DNA of 64,000 bases. Source: Deferribacterales bacterium. GTDB lineage: Bacteria > Chrysiogenota > Deferribacteres > Deferribacterales > Geovibrionaceae. The notes below the pieces were generated by a model. That model saw only the letters and a program-made list of their open reading frames with translations, was not told the DNA's origin and ran no database searches. The translations under genes were made by a program, and so were the position numbers. Below, piece by piece: positions 61,226-64,000 of this stretch. The number at the start of each line of letters is the position of its first letter. Position 1 is the stretch's first letter. The DNA lies in contig JBFWJG010000001.1 in assembly GCA_050253335.1 (NCBI GenBank), positions 32,001 to 96,000 on the forward strand, read 5' to 3'.

Positions 61226-61828
61226 ATGGCTTGGGATAAAATAGCACGAACAGGCTCTTTTACTGATATGAACGGAAATACATACACCTTCACCGATGAT
61301 ATTCTCAAACGTTTGGTGCGTTCTTTCAAAACTGGTTCAGAAAAAGTACCCCTTGTCTTAGGTCACCCTGAAACAGACTATCCTGCACATGGTTGGATAA
61401 AAGATTTAAGAGTAAATAACGGCTTTCTTGAAGCTCAATATGAAAACCTCTCTGAAGAGTTGAAAAGACTCGTACAGGAAGGACGGTTTAAATATAAAAG
61501 TATCTCCGTTAATGGCGGTCTGACCAAGTTGAAGCACTTAGGCATACTAGGTGCGGTTGCACCTGCTATGAGCGGCTTAGGGAGCATTCAGTTTAATAAA
61601 TATGATAACGGCATTGTGATGTACTTTGCTGAAAAGGTCATGGAGGGAAATATGACATTAGAAGAATTAGGTAAAATGGTTGAGCAACAGCAAGACGAAA
61701 TCGAAAAATGCAGAAGGGACATTGACGCACTTATGAAGGCAATCGCCGCAGGCGGTACTTCATCGTCTAGCTTCGCAAGTTCCAGTCACTACGGTGTATC
61801 AGGGCAGAAAATGGCAAGTAAGCTTTAA
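61226..61828 (+). CDS. Mu gpI-like prohead protease domain with short C-terminal scaffold-like tail
   Basis: I.RTG.FTDMNG, PLVLGHP....PA.GWI..L, V..GRFK..SIS, L.HLG.LGA..PA..GL; internal GGAGGG-ATG at 61652. Confidence 0.82.
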   Translation: MAWDKIARTGSFTDMNGNTYTFTDDILKRLVRSFKTGSEKVPLVLGHPETDYPAHGWIKDLRVNNGFLEAQYENLSEELKRLVQEGRFKYKSISVNGGLTKLKHLGILGAVAPAMSGLGSIQFNKYDNGIVMYFAEKVMEGNMTLEELGKMVEQQQDEIEKCRRDIDALMKAIAAGGTSSSSFASSSHYGVSGQKMASKL

Positions 61829-61833
61829 CCTGA

Positions 61834-61887
61834 AGCCGAAACAGGGGAAAGCCCCCTGTCTGCAACTAAGCTTGTACTGATGAGGCT
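61834..61887 (+). ncRNA. Type II hammerhead ribozyme 2
   Basis: AGCC-GAAA, stem III ACAGGGG/CCCCTGT, GUC (cleavage after 61860), stem I TGCAA/TTGTA, CUGAUGA, GGCT closing stem II. Confidence 0.9.
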
Positions 61888-61971
61888 GCGGTAAAAAATT
61901 TAAAAACGACCCGCAAAAAATTACAAAAAACACACATCTTCAAAAAATTCAAAAAAAATCCTGAAAACCAA

Positions 61972-62072
61972 TCAAAACAGTTTTGACATTTAACACAAAA
62001 GGAGCGGAGTGTAAGACACCTGTTAAGAGATTTTTCTAAATTATCTCATCATTAGCGGGTTCTTATCTTACA
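61972..62072 (-). repeat. Right-end putative transposase binding sites and terminal CA
   Basis: Minus strand reads TG-TAAGATAA...TGAGATAATTT (22 bp spacing, as at the left end); palindrome TCAAAACAGTTTTGA at 61972-61986. Confidence 0.72.
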
Positions 62073-62093
62073 CCCCGTCACCTTTTTGTTTGT

Positions 62094-62894
62094 TTATTTT
62101 ACAGAAAAGCCCACTACGGCTTCGGGGGTGATCACTCTGAATGTGAATGATTCCGTAAGGAACAGGTGCACCTTTTCGGAATCGTGGTTGTGGTAGCCAA
62201 CTGCAAAATCCTGCCCTATTGTGAGTTCAAGGTCGCCTTCCCTGTCAGCGACGAGGAGAGCACCGTCAACCGCTTCCGAATAGACAACGGAACCTTTGAT
62301 CTGCTGTTTGATCAGGTCTCCCAGTGTTCCGCCGGGGAAGAGCCGTGCGAGGTATTTCCACAGAGCGGGATTGACAACGAGATTTGCGCCGCCTGTAATC
62401 CCTTCCTTCATCATGCGTGTCTGAGCTTCGCTCACAGCGTCCACTATGCTGTCCTTGTCCAGAGTCATTGCAATTTTTGACTTGGCAGTAAGCTGGTTCA
62501 AGCCCACAATGCCGCTGTCCTTAAAACCGTTGAAAACAGCATTTTCCTCGAATGCAGCAAGCTTTCTGGCCGCTTCGGTGAGGGGCTCCAGCTCAAGGTC
62601 TTTTGCGCCTCTGTCTATGTTGTCCAGCTCCCATATATCAAGGGAGAAATTGACTCTCGCCTCAACAAGAGGAAGTATTTTGTGTACACCGAAGCATACC
62701 TCTCCTGCTTTCTGCTTAGCGGGCAGAGCAAGGCGCCCGAGGCTGACTGAAGTGTAATCTATGCCGTAAGGGCCTTCAACATCCGCAAACTTTCTGGCTG
62801 AAAGGTTAGCGGACAGGGTTTCTTTAGCGAGTGTGTTTATTTCTTTCCATGCTGCTGCGCTTATCGGTGCGAAATCTTTTCTGAGCAGATTCAT
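62094..62894 (-). CDS. Family 1 encapsulin shell protein (Linocin M18/HK97 fold)
   Basis: MNLL.K.FAPIS..AW.EI, R.F.DV.GPYG, WELDN..RGA.D, AA.KLA.FE, GQDF.VGY, ESFTFRV..PEA. Confidence 0.93.
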   Translation of the reverse strand: MNLLRKDFAPISAAAWKEINTLAKETLSANLSARKFADVEGPYGIDYTSVSLGRLALPAKQKAGEVCFGVHKILPLVEARVNFSLDIWELDNIDRGAKDLELEPLTEAARKLAAFEENAVFNGFKDSGIVGLNQLTAKSKIAMTLDKDSIVDAVSEAQTRMMKEGITGGANLVVNPALWKYLARLFPGGTLGDLIKQQIKGSVVYSEAVDGALLVADREGDLELTIGQDFAVGYHNHDSEKVHLFLTESFTFRVITPEAVVGFSVK

Positions 62895-62908
62895 ATATTC
62901 CTCCTTGG

Positions 62909-63280
62909 TTATTTTTTCTTCAGGCTGCCGATTCCGAGCCCGCCGCTTTCGCCTGCCGCCGGTTCCGCGCCTTCGGCGGAAGCGCCTGAAAGAAATTCGT
63001 CTTCCACTTCTTTATATCCCTGCTGATAAAACTCTTCCTCCTGAGGATCAAGCTCCTTGAGCAGACGGAGAAATTCTCCGGCGTGCACCTTCTCCTCGTC
63101 GGCTATATCCATAAGAACCGCCTGAGCCAGCTTGTTGTCGGTGGATTCGGCAAGCTGCTGATAAAGCTGGATAGCTTCATATTCTGCCGCAACCATGAAA
63201 CGGATGGCTCTGACAAGTTCCTGGTCTGTAAGTTTCCGGTCGTGTTTCAAACCGCTGAAGGGATTTCCAAAATCGGGCAT
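62909..63280 (-). CDS. Ferritin-like encapsulin cargo protein with C-terminal targeting peptide
   Basis: RA.R...AE.EA...Y.Q, DIADEEKVHAGEF; flexible linker then GLGIGSLK. Confidence 0.9.
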   Translation of the reverse strand: MPDFGNPFSGLKHDRKLTDQELVRAIRFMVAAEYEAIQLYQQLAESTDNKLAQAVLMDIADEEKVHAGEFLRLLKELDPQEEEFYQQGYKEVEDEFLSGASAEGAEPAAGESGGLGIGSLKKK

Positions 63281-63349
63281 TTTATCCTCCTGTGCTCCTT
63301 TTTATTTAATAATACAATATAAACAGTGATATTTCGCAAGCATTACTCA

Positions 63350-63402
63350 TGATAATTAATATAAGATTAATTTTTGGAAAATACAAAGGATAATTTTTAT
63401 TA
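63350..63402. promoter_or_regulatory. Possible Fur-type boxes upstream of the encapsulin operon
   Basis: TGATAATTAATATAA (63350-64) and GGATAATTTTTATTA (63388-402) resemble TGATAATnATTATCA, but the region is very AT-rich. Confidence 0.35.
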
Positions 63403-63502
63403 TTTAGATATTGAGTAAAAAAGGAGATGAGATGAAAACAGTTGAAAATAAAGCTGATGCCTAATAATATTCAGAAGATAAAATTAAGCTGAGAGGTGTC
63501 TC

Positions 63503-63679
63503 ATGAAACTTACTGCTCCGAAATTTATTACCTGGCTTCTGGGTACATTTCTGGGTGTTCTGGGACTGCTTGTATATTTCGGCGTGGTGAGCATCAGCGT
63601 CATGACTTTCAGCCCCTTCTGGCTTGTTGTGGCAGGCTTCGGAATACTCGCCGCCGCGCCTCTCTTCTCCGGACTGTAA
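63503..63679 (+). CDS. Small two-TM membrane protein (58 aa, missed by ORF track)
   Basis: GAGG RBS; MKLTAPKFITWLLGTFLGVLGLLV...FWLVVAGFGILAAAPLFSGL. Confidence 0.7.
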   Translation: MKLTAPKFITWLLGTFLGVLGLLVYFGVVSISVMTFSPFWLVVAGFGILAAAPLFSGL

Positions 63680-63706
63680 ACCGTCCGCTATCCTGCATAT
63701 CTTCAT

Positions 63707-63793
63707 AAAATCCTCCTCAGTCCCCCTTTATTAAAGGGGGAAGTTATTGCCGTCAAAAGTAAAATGCTTTCTATGAACGCAAGTGAAACATTC
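63707..63793. repeat. REP-like repeats related to those at 24391-24600
   Basis: AAAATCCTCCTCAGTCCCCCTTTATTAAAGGGGGAAGTTA plus degenerate TTTCTATGAACGCAAGTGAAAC. Confidence 0.55.
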
Positions 63794-63869
63794 GAAGTGA
63801 AGCCGAACAGATTCGGCGCGGGCGTGCGGGAAAACGGGCATGGTGCAGCGTTTCTGAACTGTCATAAAT

Positions 63870-63908
63870 AAAAAAGCGGCTTCCCTGAAACTCAGGAAAG
63901 CCGCTTTG
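63870..63908 (-). terminator. Terminator downstream of the cytochrome gene
   Basis: AAAAAAGCGGCTT.CCTGA..TCAGG.AAGCCGCTTT. Confidence 0.7.
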
Positions 63909-63935
63909 CTGTATCTTGCTAAAATATTCTGATTC

Positions 63936-64000
63936 TTATTTATGGCATGTGTTGCATGACTTTTTCACACGCTGTTTCGTGTGGCAGTCGATGCAGAGTT
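63936..64000 (-). CDS. C-terminus of class III multiheme cytochrome c (c3/c7-like), partial
   Basis: Reverse strand translates LCIDCHTKQRVKKSCNTCHK*, with two CxxCH motifs. Confidence 0.8.
   Translation of the reverse strand, partial: LCIDCHTKQRVKKSCNTCHK

Larger units (their letters stand above)
48603..62072. mobile_element. Compact Mu-like transposable element (mini-Mu, defective prophage or satellite)
   Basis: Repressor/Ner, DDE transposase, MuB-like ATPase, Gam, Mor, GemA, gpG, gpI-like; (T/C)GAGATAA-like pairs spaced 22 bp in inverted orientation at both ends; right end terminates in CA; left boundary uncertain. Confidence 0.88.

Noticed and set aside
61226..62894. Encapsulin (HK97 fold) acting as the missing capsid for the adjacent prohead protease and element
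   Set aside because: It is convergently oriented, lies outside the putative right end, has host-like composition and has its own ferritin-like cargo. A family 1 shell has no portal and is too small for 13.5 kb, so adjacency is most simply insertion-site chance.
63432..63464. 10-aa ORF MKTVENKADA with AAGGAG RBS
   Set aside because: Too short to support, with no regulatory codon pattern.

Overview
Bacterial chromosomal window from an anaerobe. The gene order (ccsA/hemX-hemA-hemC-hemD-hemB, ilvD-ilvB-ilvN-ilvC-psd-pssA-leuA), the AHQWRQP-type kinases and a multiheme cytochrome suggest Deferribacterota or a deltaproteobacterium-like lineage; this is an inference. Bases 1-48.6 kb are mostly housekeeping and signalling genes: trkH, kinases, sppA, sulP, comM, ablAB, rlmH, dksA, gpmI, gap, pgk, hem, fabI, radA, ruvB, ilv, leuA and a heme-binding MCP. 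This part also has a nest of REP-like repeats at 24.3-24.9 kb and two likely attenuators, one apparently built into the 3' end of pssA. About 48.6-62.07 kb is a compact (~13.5 kb) Mu-like transposable element. It has inverted end motifs, a repressor/Ner switch, an intact-looking DDE transposase, a MuB-like ATPase, Gam, Mor, GemA and an AT-rich TIR plus membrane-protein cargo. It has no recognisable terminase, portal, capsid, tail or lysis genes; only a gpG-like gene and a short gpI-like protease with an internal mini-scaffold start remain. It also carries two complete type II hammerhead ribozyme motifs 2.1 kb apart that bracket its late cassette. The best candidate for a new system is a transposable-phage satellite (mini-Mu) with ribozyme-processed transcripts. 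A family 1 encapsulin/ferritin-like cargo operon and the end of a class III cytochrome c follow.
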